From: the human T2T-CHM13v2.0 reference genome, Homo sapiens
Assembly (NCBI RefSeq): GCF_009914755.1
Contig: NC_060927.1
Direction: 5' to 3' (one strand)
Length of the DNA: 64,000 nt
The translations under genes and the position numbers were made by a program. The notes under the pieces are model-generated. The model saw only the letters and a program-made list of their open reading frames with translations, did no database searches and had not been told where the DNA came from. This document shows positions 40,792 to 64,000 of the stretch, one piece after another; position 1 is the first letter of the stretch; each line of letters begins with the position of its first letter.

Positions 40792-41280
40792 GAAGGGGTT
40801 GGCAAACTTTCTGCAAAGGACCAGATAGTGATATGTTAGGCTTTGTGGGCCATATGTTCTCTTTCACAAGTCCCAACTCTGCTTTTGTAGGGAAAGCAGC
40901 CATAGATAATATGTAAACAAGTAAGCATGGCTATGCTCCAATAAAACTTTATTCCTAGCCATGGAAATTTAAATTTCATATAATTTTAATGTATCACAAA
41001 ATATTATTCTTTTGATTTTGCTTTTAATCATTTAAAAATTCAAAATCCATTCTTACATGCTGCCTTCTCCAGGGTGTGCAGGGGATCAGGTTGCAGCACC
41101 AGCAGAGCAGGAACTGGGCTGCCTGCCCCCACACCCTCAGGCAGCACCTTAAACCTTAAAACCTTAAAGCCCCTTAAAGTGACAAGGCAGTGGCAAAACA
41201 AAACAAACAAACCCATTCTTAGCTCACCATAGGAACACAGTCAGAAGGTGAGATTTGACCATAGTTTGCCTGCTCCTGTG
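40792..41280 (+). mobile_element. MER58B-like hAT element interrupted by a short retro-insertion
   Basis: aggggttggcaaactttctgcaaaggaccagatag...catagtttgcctgctcctg. Confidence 0.78.
41056..41208 (+). other. Unidentified ~140-bp poly(A)-tailed insertion with TSD (probable 5'-truncated retrocopy)
   Basis: TSD aaa(t/c)ccattctta at 41043-41055 and 41209-41221; A-rich tail at 41195-41208. Confidence 0.7.
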
Positions 41281-44200
41281 TTAGAGCTGAACATTACCAT
41301 GGTGTTCTTTGTCATGGAGACATTATCTGGACACTGGCATTTATTGTCATATTAAACTTTGATCTAGCACTTCTAATACAAAAGGGAACAGTTTAAGGGT
41401 TTTCTTTCACTTAAAATCCAGGACTAAATATCTAAACATTGCTTTAAGAGATTTCTCTTCAGAAGTCAAAAGTCACTTTTTGGACAGATCATAGCCATTG
41501 TGTAATTTGGAGTTTCTTGTGCAGTATTCCATGAGAATCCTGCCAGCATACCAGAGTAACATATTCCAGCATTGACAAGATTCTGATGCAGTGTTAAAGG
41601 ACGCCTAACTAGACAGATAATTTAAAACTTTGCAGTCTGCAAGTAAATGCCCTTTTCTTTTCAGAATTCTGTATTTAGAAAAGAGAGAATTTACTTCTGA
41701 TCATCATAAGAAGACAATCAAATTCCAATGCTCTATAAGAATGAATCATTTTGCATTTGAGAAGAAGGATAAACACTAAAAGATAAAAGCACACACAAGG
41801 CCCATCCTTAGGGACTAAAAAAAAGAGTGTGATATGAGAGAAAGTGTTTAAGTGATAGGATGAAGTCATGGATGTAGCTTTGGATAAGATAAAATAAAAG
41901 ACTTCTGTATTAAATTAAATTGATGTATGCTCAGAGAACATTAACCTAAACCAAAAATATCAAGGGTAAGATTCATCAAGTATTCAGAAGAAGCATTTTA
42001 AATTCTTAAAACTTCCTAACACCTACACTCTCAGGTAAATAGTGTTTAATATTTTGCAAGCCTTATTTTTCTGCTAAGCTTAAGTGAGGAAAGTCATGCC
42101 TGCAAATGCATAGCAGCAAGATATTTTCAAATCCTGTAGTCTAGGTCAAAGAAATCCCAGTTGTAGGAGTTGAAAGAGCTAAAGTTGAAAGAGTTCACAA
42201 AGATCAACGTTTTTGTCCTGTACATGGATTAAACACAATACTAGATGGAAAGTAGGATGCTGGTAATTAACAAGCTAGGACAGATTTACCCCAAGTCTTA
42301 ATGAGAAAAATGGTTGGAAACTCTGGGTGACTCCTGCACATATTGAAAACAAATGCTTCTTTCTGTTTAATGTGAAAGCAAAGTTTTAAACGTCTTTTAA
42401 TTAAATTTATTTTTCACTCTTTTTGGGTAATTAATTAATTAAAATGTCTTTTTATTAAGTTTATTTTCCGCTCTTTTTTAGGTTTAATATTTCTTTGATG
42501 GACAATGAACAGTGAGTCAAGACAGCCCTGACTAATATTTAACACTAAATTCTCTACTTAACAGAAAAATAATAAAGCATAAGAAATTCCTGGCTAATCT
42601 CATGGACACTTAGAGCAATTCACCAGTGAGCACAGTGGTTAAACATGTCCTCTACTAAAGTGAAACACAGAACAGACCTTTCCTTGTTAGGGCCAAGAGT
42701 GTTTACTGGAATCTGAGAACTCCAAATATGTGGCTCATAAATATGTCACTTTTTAACAATGCAAGGGAATATGGAAAATATAGCTATGGAGTGAATGAAA
42801 GGTCTGCAAACAGACCCATTTAACTATAAATATGGAATATAATTTATATCCTCCTCTTCTATGCCACTGCTATTTACATCAGTGACATTTCTAGTCTTAT
42901 ACCAGGCAGTCTATAGAAACTTATTATCATGAAGAGACACAGTCTTTGCATTGAAGAGTTAATAATCTAACGAAGAAAAAAAAAATAAGTGACAAATCAT
43001 TACTTTTATCACACTTTTTTTTTTATCACACACATCTATTCAGGAGTGCATATCCAAATAGCCACATATGAAGGTAAGCCTGCATTTACTGCTTTGATTT
43101 TAAAAATAATAGTTGCCTGAGAATGATGTCAGCAAGACGGCCGACTAGAAGCTCCTAGAGCTCTTCTTCCCCACTAAATCCTCCCGCCAAACAGCAAATA
43201 AACAACTATATTTTGACCAAAATAAAGAAGAGTACCATAGAACAGCAAAGCAGCAGCAGAAATCCTGCAGAGCACAGAAATCCAGGATGCTGCATGGAGA
43301 AGGGAAGGAAACACCTTTCCCTCACTACCTCCATCTTCCCAGTTGGGATCAGCCTGGGACTAGGAGAGATTTCTCTCTGCTGGAAAAAGGTAAGCAATAG
43401 GATCCCAACAGCCACCATTAGCATCGTGGACACTTTCAGTCCTCATAGGTGTCCTTCACAGGGTCTAAGCCCAGCCGAGAGAGCTCCTAGAGTCCACGCA
43501 CTGAGCTACTTTCAGAGATGGAGCTGACGCTGTGCACTGACCACCTCCCTATGGCCCTTGCTGCTATTGCTCTGCACCATCTTATAAGCAGAGGCACAGT
43601 TAGAGTGCATGCTATTCCAGTGGCAAGCAGCCATTGCATCTATCTATCCCTGAGGCTCGGCTGCCACTGCACCATGCCCACCCAGTAGTGCACCACCCCC
43701 AAGCAGAGCTGCTTGGGTATAGCTGCTGCTATACCCTGAGCTTGGCCCAGAGCCAAGCTCCTGCAGAGCCACCCCATGCCCCCATCCCAGTTACTGCTGG
43801 ATCCTCCCTATAGGGCTGAACTGAAGTAATACCCCACCCCTGCAGACCCAGAGGCTTGAACTACCAGAACATTTGTGCCCCCAGCACCACAGCCAAGGTA
43901 TCACCCCATTCCCCCAGCAACCTGCATCTCCAGCACACTGGAGAAATGTGTCTTCAGCCTCAGAACAGGCATAGTACCCTGTCCCCCAGGGACCTCAGTC
44001 CTCCTGCACAAGGAATTATTGGTGTCCCTAGTGCCAAAGCTGAGGGCGGCAGCATGCTACGCCCCAGGAAGTCTGAGCTCTAGCCCATCAGAACAGTTGC
44101 ATTTCCCAGCACCATAGCTGACATGGTGCCTGACCCCCCAGAGATCCAGAGGCTCTGCTGACTCACGTAGCTGCACTTTCTGGGGTTGAGCAGATGCAGA

Positions 44201-46534
44201 CCCTTGCATCCCAGGGAATCAGACCCTTGCATGAGCCGTGTGACCTCACTCTCCAGGCTGAACAGGTATAGCACCTTGCCTATCTGGAAATACATTAGCC
44301 TTCTGCAGTTTAAGCTGCAGCACTCCACCTCTGTAAGGAGGGGTATCATCACTGTGTTGTTCCCTACCCGCAGGGTCCAAGCAACTGCAGCATCTTTCCA
44401 TTCTTGGGTCCATGTTGCTGCTGCTGCACCTGGCCTCACAGAGCTAATTTGCAGCCCCAAATTGAAGCGGTCCTAAATTCAAGGCCTGAGGCTCTGAAGC
44501 ATCCCTTCTTTCTTGCACAGGCTAGTGCTGTACCCTACCCCTCAGGGTCAAAATCACAGCTATATCTCAGGACTCTGGATAAAAACTTGGGTGTATCTCA
44601 GAGCAACCGACCCTGGCTTAGTGGGAGAAATGCATTCACTTGTGCCTCAGAAAGTGAACCTGCACCTTAAATCCCCAGGGCTGCAATAGTTTTGTAAGAC
44701 CTCAAGTCCACAAACCTGACTCCACAGCTACTCCAAGCACCTATGTCCTGGATTGCAGTGCCACTGTGGCTACCTATGACCCACGGAAGACTCAGCACCA
44801 ACAGAGATCCCCTCAACTAAGATTTCCCACTGTGAGGAACTCTTAGCAAATCTGTTAACTAAAGAGGATTCTTAAAGTCCTTACCCTAATAACTTATACA
44901 GCTACTGTCACTGCCACAAACCCTGCAGCCTAGATCACTGAGTCACCCTCAGTCATCGCTAACATTGATCACAGCCAAAGAAACTGCATGGAGATTACTC
45001 CACTATATCCACATGGAACCAGAGTCACCACACCCTGCCCAACCGACACCCTCAAGCACTTCTGCAGATAAAAGTAATTCCCTATGAAAGCCAATCAATA
45101 AAATTTGGAATAGCTGACTGCACAACCAGAGACATACGTATCAATACAAGGACACAAGAAACATGAAAAAGAAAACAAGATACTATGAAAGGAACACAAT
45201 GATTCTTCAGTAACTAACCCTAAAGAAATGAAAATTTATAAATTGCCCAAAAAGAAATTCAAAAATTCAAAACAATGATCTTAAGGAAACTCAGCAAGAT
45301 GCAAGAGAATACAAATAGACAGTTCAATGAAACCAGAAAAGGAATTCATGACCAGAATGAGAAATTTAATAAAGAGACCGGTATCATTAAAACAACCACC
45401 AACACCACTACCACTAATCTTGGAGCTGAAGAATTAAATGAATAAAATAAAACATACAATTGAAAGCTTCAACAGCAGACCATACTGATCAGAGGAAAGA
45501 ATCTATGAACTTGAAGACTGGTTTTTTAACATGACTCAGAGGGGCAAAAAAATAAAGGAATAAAGACAGTCTATAGGGCATTATTAAGCAAACAAATATT
45601 CAGATTATAGGGATTCCATAGAAAGAAGAGATGGAGAAGACAAAGAAAGCTTCTTTAATAAAATAATTGTGGGGAAATCCCAAGTCCTGGATGAGATGTG
45701 GACATGCAGACCCATTAAGATTATAGGTTCCAAAATAGATTCAACCCAAGGAAGTCCTGTCTTAGGCACATTATAATAAAACAGTCAAAAGTCAAAGACA
45801 AAAAGAATTCTAAAAGCCACAAAAGAAAAGCACCTACATCACAGATAAGAGAACCTTCATTACTATTAGTGGATTTCTAAGGGAAAAACTTGCAGGCCAG
45901 GAGAGAATGGGATGATACAGTCTAAGCGTTTTTTTGTTTTTTTTTTAAAGCCCTGCTGGCCAAGCATATTATGCTTAGCAAATCTGTTATTCAAAAATGA
46001 AGGAGAATAGTCTTTTCAGATAAGCAAAAACTGAGGAAATTCATCAATAGTCCCACTTTATAAGAAATGCTTAAGGCAGTTCTTCAAATGGAAACAAAAA
46101 GATGATAATTACTGTCATTAACACATATGAAAAAATAAAACTTACTAGTAGAGATAAATTTAGAGTCAAATTTGGAATGTGCCAATATTGTAAAGCTGGT
46201 GTGTAAACCACATATATCTTCAATATGAAGATTAAAAGTGAAAATGGTCAAAAATAACAAAAGCTACAATAAGTTGTTAAGGAATACACAACATAAAAAG
46301 ATGTAAATTATGACATTCAAAACATAAATAGGGGAAGGATAAAAACCTAGAGTTTCATTATGTGACAGAGTTATTTTTAGCTTAAAATTGCAGATTGTAA
46401 GTATAAAATATTTTATGTAAGCTTCATAGTAACCACAAAATAAAAAACTACAGCAGATATACAAACAAGAAAGAAAGGAATCAAAGCTTAGCATTATAGA
46501 AAATTATCAAATCACAAATGTAGAAAAGAAAAGA

Positions 46535-52995
<6,461 letters not shown>

Positions 52996-54320
52996 TAACA
53001 AAAGACGAAGGAATGAAGCAGCTACAAAACAACCAGAAAACAAACAAAATGGCAGTAATAAGTCTTTACTTATCAATAATAACCTTTAATTTAAACATTA
53101 AATTCTCCACTCAAGAGTAGCTGAATGAATTTTTAAAAACAAGATCCAATTATATGCTGCTTTCAAAAGACTCACTTAAGCTTTAAGAACACACATAGGC
53201 TGAAAGTGAAGGGATAGAAGAAGATAGTCCATGCAAATGGTAATCAAAAGATATCGGGGTGGCTAAATTTAAAGTTGACTTCAAGTCAAAAACTGACAAG
53301 AAACAAAGAGTGTCATTATTTAATGATAAAGAGGTCAATTCATCAAGAGGACAGAGCGATTGTAAATGTATTTGCACCCAACATTGTAGAACCTAAATGT
53401 ATAAATATTAATGGACATGAAGGGAGACATAGACAGCAATACGATAGTGGGGAATTTTGATATCCCATATTCAACAATGGATAGATCAATTAGACAGAAA
53501 ATTAATATGAGAATACTGAATTTGAACTGCATTTTTTTTTTTTTTACCAAAAAGACCTAACAGACTATTTAGAACTTTCCACCCAACAGCAGAATATACT
53601 TTTTTCTCTAGCATTCATAAAACATTCTCCATGATAGACTGTATGTAAAGGCCACAAAACAAGTCTTACCAAATTTCAGAAAATTCACATAATATCTGAT
53701 ATTATTTCAGACCACAATGGTTTGAAATTAGAAATAAATAACAAGAAGAATCTTGGAAAATTCACAAACATGTAGAGATTAAACAACATGCTCCTGAACA
53801 ACCAATAAGTCAACAAATAAATCAAAAGGGAAAATAAGAAATTTCTTGAGGCAAATGGCAATGGAAACACAACATATCAAAACTTATGGATGAAGTAAGA
53901 GCAGTTTTGGGAGGAAGTTTATAGCATTAAATACCTACATTAAAAAATTCCAAATAAATAGTAAAAGATTATGTCTCAAGGAACTATATAAAAGAATGAA
54001 CAAACCCAAAATTAGCGGAAGGAAGGAAATAAAGATTAGAACAGAAATAAACAGAAAACAGAAAGCCATGGAAAGAATCAATAAAACCAAGTTGATTCTT
54101 TGGAAAATTAAAATTGACAAACCCTTAGCTAGTCTAAGAAAAAGAGAGAGGAGACAAAAATAAATAAAACAGAAAATGAAATTGAAGAAATTGCAACAGA
54201 CACCTCAAAAATAAAAAGCATCATAAGGGATTATAAATGAACAACTATGTACCAACACATTGAATAACCTAGAGCAAATTGATAAATTTCTAGGAAAATA
54301 TAACTTGCCAAGATTGAGTT

Positions 54321-54927
<607 letters not shown>

Positions 54928-55506
54928 TTAGCAAACCAAGTGTAAGAATACTTCGAAAAGATTATATGTCATGATTATTTATGCTTTTGGATATTGCATC
55001 AAAACCTCAGACCACAAAAGCAAAAATAAATAAATGAGACCACACCAAACTAAAAAACTCCTGCACACCAAAGGAAACAATCGACAAAATGAAAAGGCAA
55101 CCTACAGACTGGAAAAAAATATTTGCAAATCACATATATGATAAAGAGTTAATATCCAAAATTTATAAAGAACTCTTGTAACTCAATAACAGAAAAACAA
55201 ATAACACGATTTTTTTAAATGGGCAAAATACCTGAGCAGACATTTCTTCAAAGACTACATATAAATGGCCAACAGGTATATAAAGAGGTGCTCAACATCA
55301 CTAATGAGTAGGGAAATGCAAATTAAAACCCCTGTGTCATCTCACACCCATTAGGATGACTATCATCAAAAAGGCAAGAAATCATAAATGTTGGCGAGGA
55401 TATGGAGAAAAAGGAAACCCCAACACACTGTTGATGGGAATATAGACTGGTTCAGCTATTATGGAAAACAGTATGGAGTTTTCTGAAAATATTAAAATTG
55501 GAACCA

Positions 55507-55792
<286 letters not shown>

Positions 55793-56390
55793 CCCATCAT
55801 ATGACACAGCAATCTTTGTATATATACCCAAAGGAGATGAAATCATCACTTCAAAAAGATACTTGTACTCCTATGTTCACTGTAGCATTATTTACAATAG
55901 CAAAGATTGGAAACAGTCTGTCTGTTGATAAAGGAAATGTGAGATATATATTTTATATATGTATATGTATGCCTATATATGCATATGTATATAGTTTATA
56001 AAGAAATATTAATCAGCCATAAAAAGTAAAGTGATCCTGCCACTTGCCACAATATGAATGGACCTGGAGGACATTATGCTAAGTAAAATGACCCAGGAAC
56101 AGAAACAAAAATATTGCATGATTTCACTCATGTGTAGAATATTTTGGGGAAAAAAAGGTTAAATAGAATGAAATAGCAGTTACTAGGGGTGAGGGTAGGG
56201 GTCAAAGAATACAAAGTAGCAGATATGTAGAATGAACAAGTGATCTAATGTACAACCTGAGGATTATTGTTAATAAAATTATATTACTGGTTTTTGTTAA
56301 ATAAGTAGATTTTAGCTGCTCTTGTCACTAAAGTAACAATGTGAGTTAATATATTAGTTTGCTTCACTATAGTAACCATTTTACTATCTA

Positions 56391-56796
56391 TAGTCATGTG
56401 TTACATAATAATATTTTGGTCAACGATGGACCCCCATATACCAGGTCCCACAAGATTTTAGTGAAGCAGCCTTGTACAGAGGTGCCATTTTTAATTTTTA
56501 TAACATATTCTTACTGCCCTTTTTCTATGTTTAGATATGTTCAGATACACAAATACTTACAACTGTGTTGCAGTCGCCTGCAGTATTCAGTACAATAACA
56601 TCCAGTACAGAATGCTAAAATGCTGTAATTCTATGCTGTATTCTTTGTAGCCTACAAGCAATAAAACATTCCACATAGCCTAGGTGTATAGTAGGATATA
56701 CCAACTATGTTTGTATAAGTATACTCTATAATGTTCATATAATGAAGAAATTGCCTAAGGACACATTTTTCTCCATTGTTAAGTGACACATGACTG
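56391..56796. mobile_element. Tigger3-type element nested in old L1 3'UTR
   Basis: TIRs (t)agtcatgtg / cacatgactg with TA duplication at 56389-56390 and 56797-56798. Confidence 0.8.
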
Positions 56797-59233
56797 TATA
56801 CGTATCCCATAATATGGTGTAAACCTCCCATATACAAAATAAAAGGTACCAATTTTTTGTGTTTTGTTTTTGGTTTTTGTTTAAAAAACAAACAAACAAA
56901 AACAGATTGCTAGCCCACAGAAACTGAGATGACAAGTATGTATTTGTTGTTCTAAGTCACTAAATTTTAGGGGGTAATTTGTTACACAGCAATAGATGAC
57001 TAAAACAGTAGAACTCAAGAGCATTATAAAGAAAAAAAACAAAAAATTTATATTGTAGTTCTGGACTATTACTGATGTTTAATAAATACATTCCAGAAGA
57101 GAAAATAAGAAACATTGAGAAATTTCTAATTTAGTAGCTTTAAGATACCACATCTACAACTCAACTTCTCCAAAATACCTTTTAAAATTTTATTTCTTGG
57201 AAAGAGACCCAGGATTCCAAATTTTCAGAAGTATTCTATTGATTAACATAAATACTCCTTTGACTTTAATTCTAAAATGTTGTATTCTGTGAAATAAAGA
57301 AAAAAGAAGAAGAAACAATGATTTTCAACATCTTCTAAATATAACTAGAATTTTCTATTAAGTTAGGAAGAAAGACAGGAGGGGAGCTATGTGCAGAAAC
57401 CCCAGGCATATCTTGAATGGGAATGGCTTTAAATTCTGATGAAAATGTTAACTGCATTAAAAAATAATCATAAGGCAGCCTTACTAATTCAAGTAACTAA
57501 AAATTTGGATTTTTTTCTTCCCCTCTGCATTGTTTAGTGATGACTTTTCAATTGTTCATGGAATATCTGGGCTGATTTTATGAGCAAATAATGTAAATAC
57601 GACTCAGGGTTGCAATTCTATTTTAGTTCCCAATTTAATAATCAGATCTTGACAATAACTGGACCTGATTGTACTTACAAGGTAATTATCACTTCATATT
57701 GAAAATACTGAGAAGTTTACCTTTTATTCATAGATTCTGTCAAAAATAGGGCTTACTTTTAACTGTAATTCTCTTGTTCTTCGATGGAAATGAATTTCAC
57801 TATGTCTCTATAAAATTCATGTGCCAGGGTTTGCTGGCAAAACAAGATAATCAGCAAGGGTTTGTCTGACAATTGTATTTTAAGGCAGTGCCATTAAATC
57901 ACAAACACATTTTAGGAAAAAATATTCCAAATATTTTTCAGAAACCTTCTGGGAAAGGCTTATTACTTTATGTAATTCAATATTGGGCTTTTTGAAAAGC
58001 ATAGAAAGAATAAATTGAGAACCCAGACAGTATATGCAAGGTAAGGATGAACATTCTCCTGGTCTGGTTGTACATACTACCATGTGGTGCCAAAACACCA
58101 AAGCGTATATTGAAGTTTGGTTGGAAAATGGAAATGACATTTATACTTTCTGACACAATTTAATACTTACATAAATGTGATTACTGTTTTCTCTTTTGAG
58201 CAAAACTTTTTCTCTGGGCATTAACTGACTTAATCCACATCATTCCAAAGCTGCAACCTGGGCAATTTAGAAATTATGACTGGAATGGGAAACTTCCTGT
58301 GCTCATCAAGGTACTGAATTCTAACTATATTCTCATACAACAGAGAAGGTCAGTTGCAAAGTAAAAATAGCACAAATGCAGTTGTGTGAAAACTAAATGG
58401 GGATCTGTGGAACAAAACCTACTGTGGCTGTGATTATGATCTACCACGAATGTCAATGAATACTCATGGCTTATTCAATAAAAACATGTCAAGCTTAATG
58501 GTAGAATTTGGGCTAAAACACCAATTCTACATTATCTGTGACAACATTAGAGATAAAGTGAAAAAAATTAAGAACGACAAATAACTCAAAAATTTAATTT
58601 TCACTGTTTTTTTTAATCAGACCTTTCATAAACTAATAACAAGCATCCCAAATGACCAAGTTGATATTTACCTTTTTTTATTCTGTCTTTCTACCCATTG
58701 CTGGAAATAGGCCCATGGAGTGAAATGGCCAAAAGGCATCTAGCCAGAGGGGAGAAGGGGAACATGAGCCAAATATTGAGGATTTCTCACAAATTGGATA
58801 CTAAACCACCAAATAACATATTTTTCCTGAAACTGGTGAACTATTTAGACACAATCTTATATATGAGTGTATTCCCACTTCCCAATATGTACATCTGCAC
58901 CAGGCTGAATAGGATCAACCATGTTTCATTTTCTGCTACTGATATTAAAGTTTGTATTGAGATTTGGTGGATTTTTACCATATTTGCCTATATCCGTAAT
59001 GCTACTGGTCAAAGTCAACCTATGATTAAGGTTCAGTCTGATACTCATGTTCTATACAGTGCCATTAGAGGAAAAAACTTATGAAACACGTTGAATATAT
59101 GGCCTTTCTAGAAGCCACTTTTGCATCTGAACGGGAGGATACACTCCTTCTTGGCTTGTATGTACACGTGGTTTCAGCAAAGTAGGTCTCATTTGAAGGT
59201 CACACGGCTTTTGTCAGAAGCTCTGAAGCAGTA

Positions 59234-61642
<2,409 letters not shown>

Positions 61643-63589
61643 AAGTGGTATTTGTTATACAATGTATAGCGAATGCAGTAATGGGACATGTTAGATAAAG
61701 TTATAAAAGTAGACAAATTGAAAATTTACACATCTTAATTTTTACTGGGAAATGAACTAAAAGCAGACAGCCATTTCAGAAGCTGAATAAGGATGTCCTG
61801 CTGGGCAAAGAGGTAGAATTTTTCCCCCATAATGGACCTCATTGTTAACAACTTTGCCTTTGTGTATTTTCAGAACATCTACTTACACTTGAGCATACTG
61901 ATTTCAATTCCATCAAAGTTTCGCTCAATACAGGATAATATTAGTTCAGGAACTGGCTGCTAAAATGGACATTTTGGCTCATATTGCATTTGTTTTTAAT
62001 AGGATTTTTTTTCAAGAGATCTAACAAATGTTTACCTTTAAAATTCTTAATATGCAAAGGAAGCCATAGGAGGCATTTACATTTAAAGTGATAGCAAGTG
62101 AGTACATTTTACTTTTGTACATGTTTTCCTGCACATCTGCAGATAATTAAACACTTGTTCAAATGAGAGAAAGCATACAATTCCTTTGGCTATGTATTTC
62201 ATCTGAATTATTAATCTTGTCGAGAGCATTGGCAACAAAAAGCATTATACCCTGAACAATTCCTTTATTTTATTTGACTAAAAAAGTCTTGCCAGTGGTT
62301 GCAGATCTTTTGCTAAAAGGTAATGCCAACAGGGAATTGAATGAAAGCATACATTGAGAATACTTAATTTAGTGATGTCAGTTTGGCATTGGCAGGGAAA
62401 TTTGTACGTTGTTTTCTGCAATAAAAAACACGTGGCATTACACAGTAAATCTTTCCAAGGATCTAGAGAACTGATTTTCTTGCCCCACCCAATTCTCAGT
62501 AAATGGCAACTGTGGATTACAGCAGAGTTTTGCTCAGAGAGCAGTTTGCTGAGTTCAAAGTCAGGTACTGTGACTTCAGTATCTGTGGCACTCTATAAAC
62601 TCTCTATGAACAAGAGAATTGTGTTCATAATGGATGCCTAGTATTTTAACAAAAAATTCTTAAGACCCATAAAGAAGCAGTGTGGCTCCTGGACCCCACC
62701 AGAGGACATTCTACTCCTGTCTGTCACACTCAGGTGATTCAGCTCACACAGCGGTTTCAGGGGCCCCATTTGCTCCAACTCTGTAGCTTCTGATGGGATT
62801 AAAATGCACTTTATAATTTGTCTGAGCTCTGAAAACTGAAGAATAAAATATGGGCCCTGCAGGCAAAGAAATGTACATCTAAGGACTTGATGGGTTTGCC
62901 TGCTGCCATGTTACATGTAAAAGCAAATTATCATCAATTTATAATTTAATGATGAGCGACTTGGTGTTTTAGATTTTGGTTGAAGTTATACTATTTTGAT
63001 TTCCATGAAAGAAATTGTAGTGTAAACAAGATACAAAGAAATTATAAACAAAATAGAATTACACTATTGTCATAAAATCATTTAAAAATAGCAGCATGAT
63101 CATTTAATATCAATGTTGACATTAATTACCAATGAATTTTATTTATCCATTGTAGCCAACTCAACTTCTTAGGAATAGCACCTTGGTAGCTCAAATTATT
63201 CTACTGGAAAGAAATATGGCTGCAGTCAAATAAAAAATGTAACCTTATTTTCTATTTTAAGCTTTAATTTGCCACCAGTTTCATAAATGCACTAGATTAG
63301 CACCCTTTAGGAAAAGAGAATGAATCATGTATTGTGTATCTCCCAGACACTAAACAATATCTGATACATGATAGTTATTAATATTTGAGGAATTGACCAG
63401 TATATTTTGCTATTATTTTTTTGAATTCTGAAGAAAGATTTTGAATTCCAAATTTCACATGGGGATATCTTAATTTTATTTTGGGGCAGCAAGCCCGTCC
63501 CAGAAATAAGAAAGCTCAGATACATCTGCTTACTTATTTGCTTAAATATATGGCTCAATAATAGAACGGGGAATAGTAATGGCCAGACA

Positions 63590-63740
63590 TGGCACATACC
63601 AATGTGTTCAGCTTTTTAAATTCATTTTCTTAGACAATTCTCCAAATTTTCACAATATCTACAAGCAGGTATTATCATCCCAATTTACAAATGAAGAAAT
63701 CGAGACTCAAAAAAGCAATAAGTGACTCCTAAGTTTAGTG
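63590..63740 (-). mobile_element. MIR fragment
   Basis: aggtattatcatcccaatttacaaatgaagaaatcgagactca...taagtgact. Confidence 0.65.
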
Positions 63741-64000
63741 GTTACAAAGAAGCATTTCTCACCGATATTACTTGTCCATCACATTTGCACGTATATTCCA
63801 TATCGTCTTTTCTCTGGTATTCAACCCTAATGAGCAGCCATTTATGGGGTTGTTGTTGTCAAACTCAAGGGAACAACTAAGAGATCATAGCAGATCTTGA
63901 GTTCCCTCTTACAGGTTCTATTGTCATTTATGTTCATATATTTCTGGTCACAAATCACATGGCCATGCCTGACTTCCATCAGGTAAAATTTCCCTTCAAG

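Overview
Human (primate) genomic DNA containing most of IGSF10 on the minus strand. Six coding exons were reconstructed from GT-AG junctions with consistent reading frame: 21552-21745, 20062-20191, 16420-16810, 7954-12300, 6019-6919 and <1-1617. There are also two inferred non-coding 5' exons and a CpG-rich promoter near 23.9-24.2 kb. The upstream ~40 kb is dominated by transposons: a complete but decayed ERV1 provirus with MER57-type LTRs (tRNA-Leu PBS, gag/pro/pol/env relics, 4-bp TSD, five nested insertions), a MER48-like solo LTR, an old L1MA-type LINE with a nested full-length L1PA, a twin-primed 5'-inverted L1PA, and many Alus. I found no convincing new multi-gene biological system. The most unusual observations are: an Alu whose left arm is inverted inside a single 16-bp TSD; an 83-codon spliced upstream ORF overlapping the IGSF10 start; an unidentified ~140-bp poly(A)-tailed retro-insertion inside a MER58 element; and an ORF1-derived templated insertion inside L1 ORF2. 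Repeat subfamily names come from recalled consensus sequences, and repeat boundaries are approximate unless a TSD is quoted.
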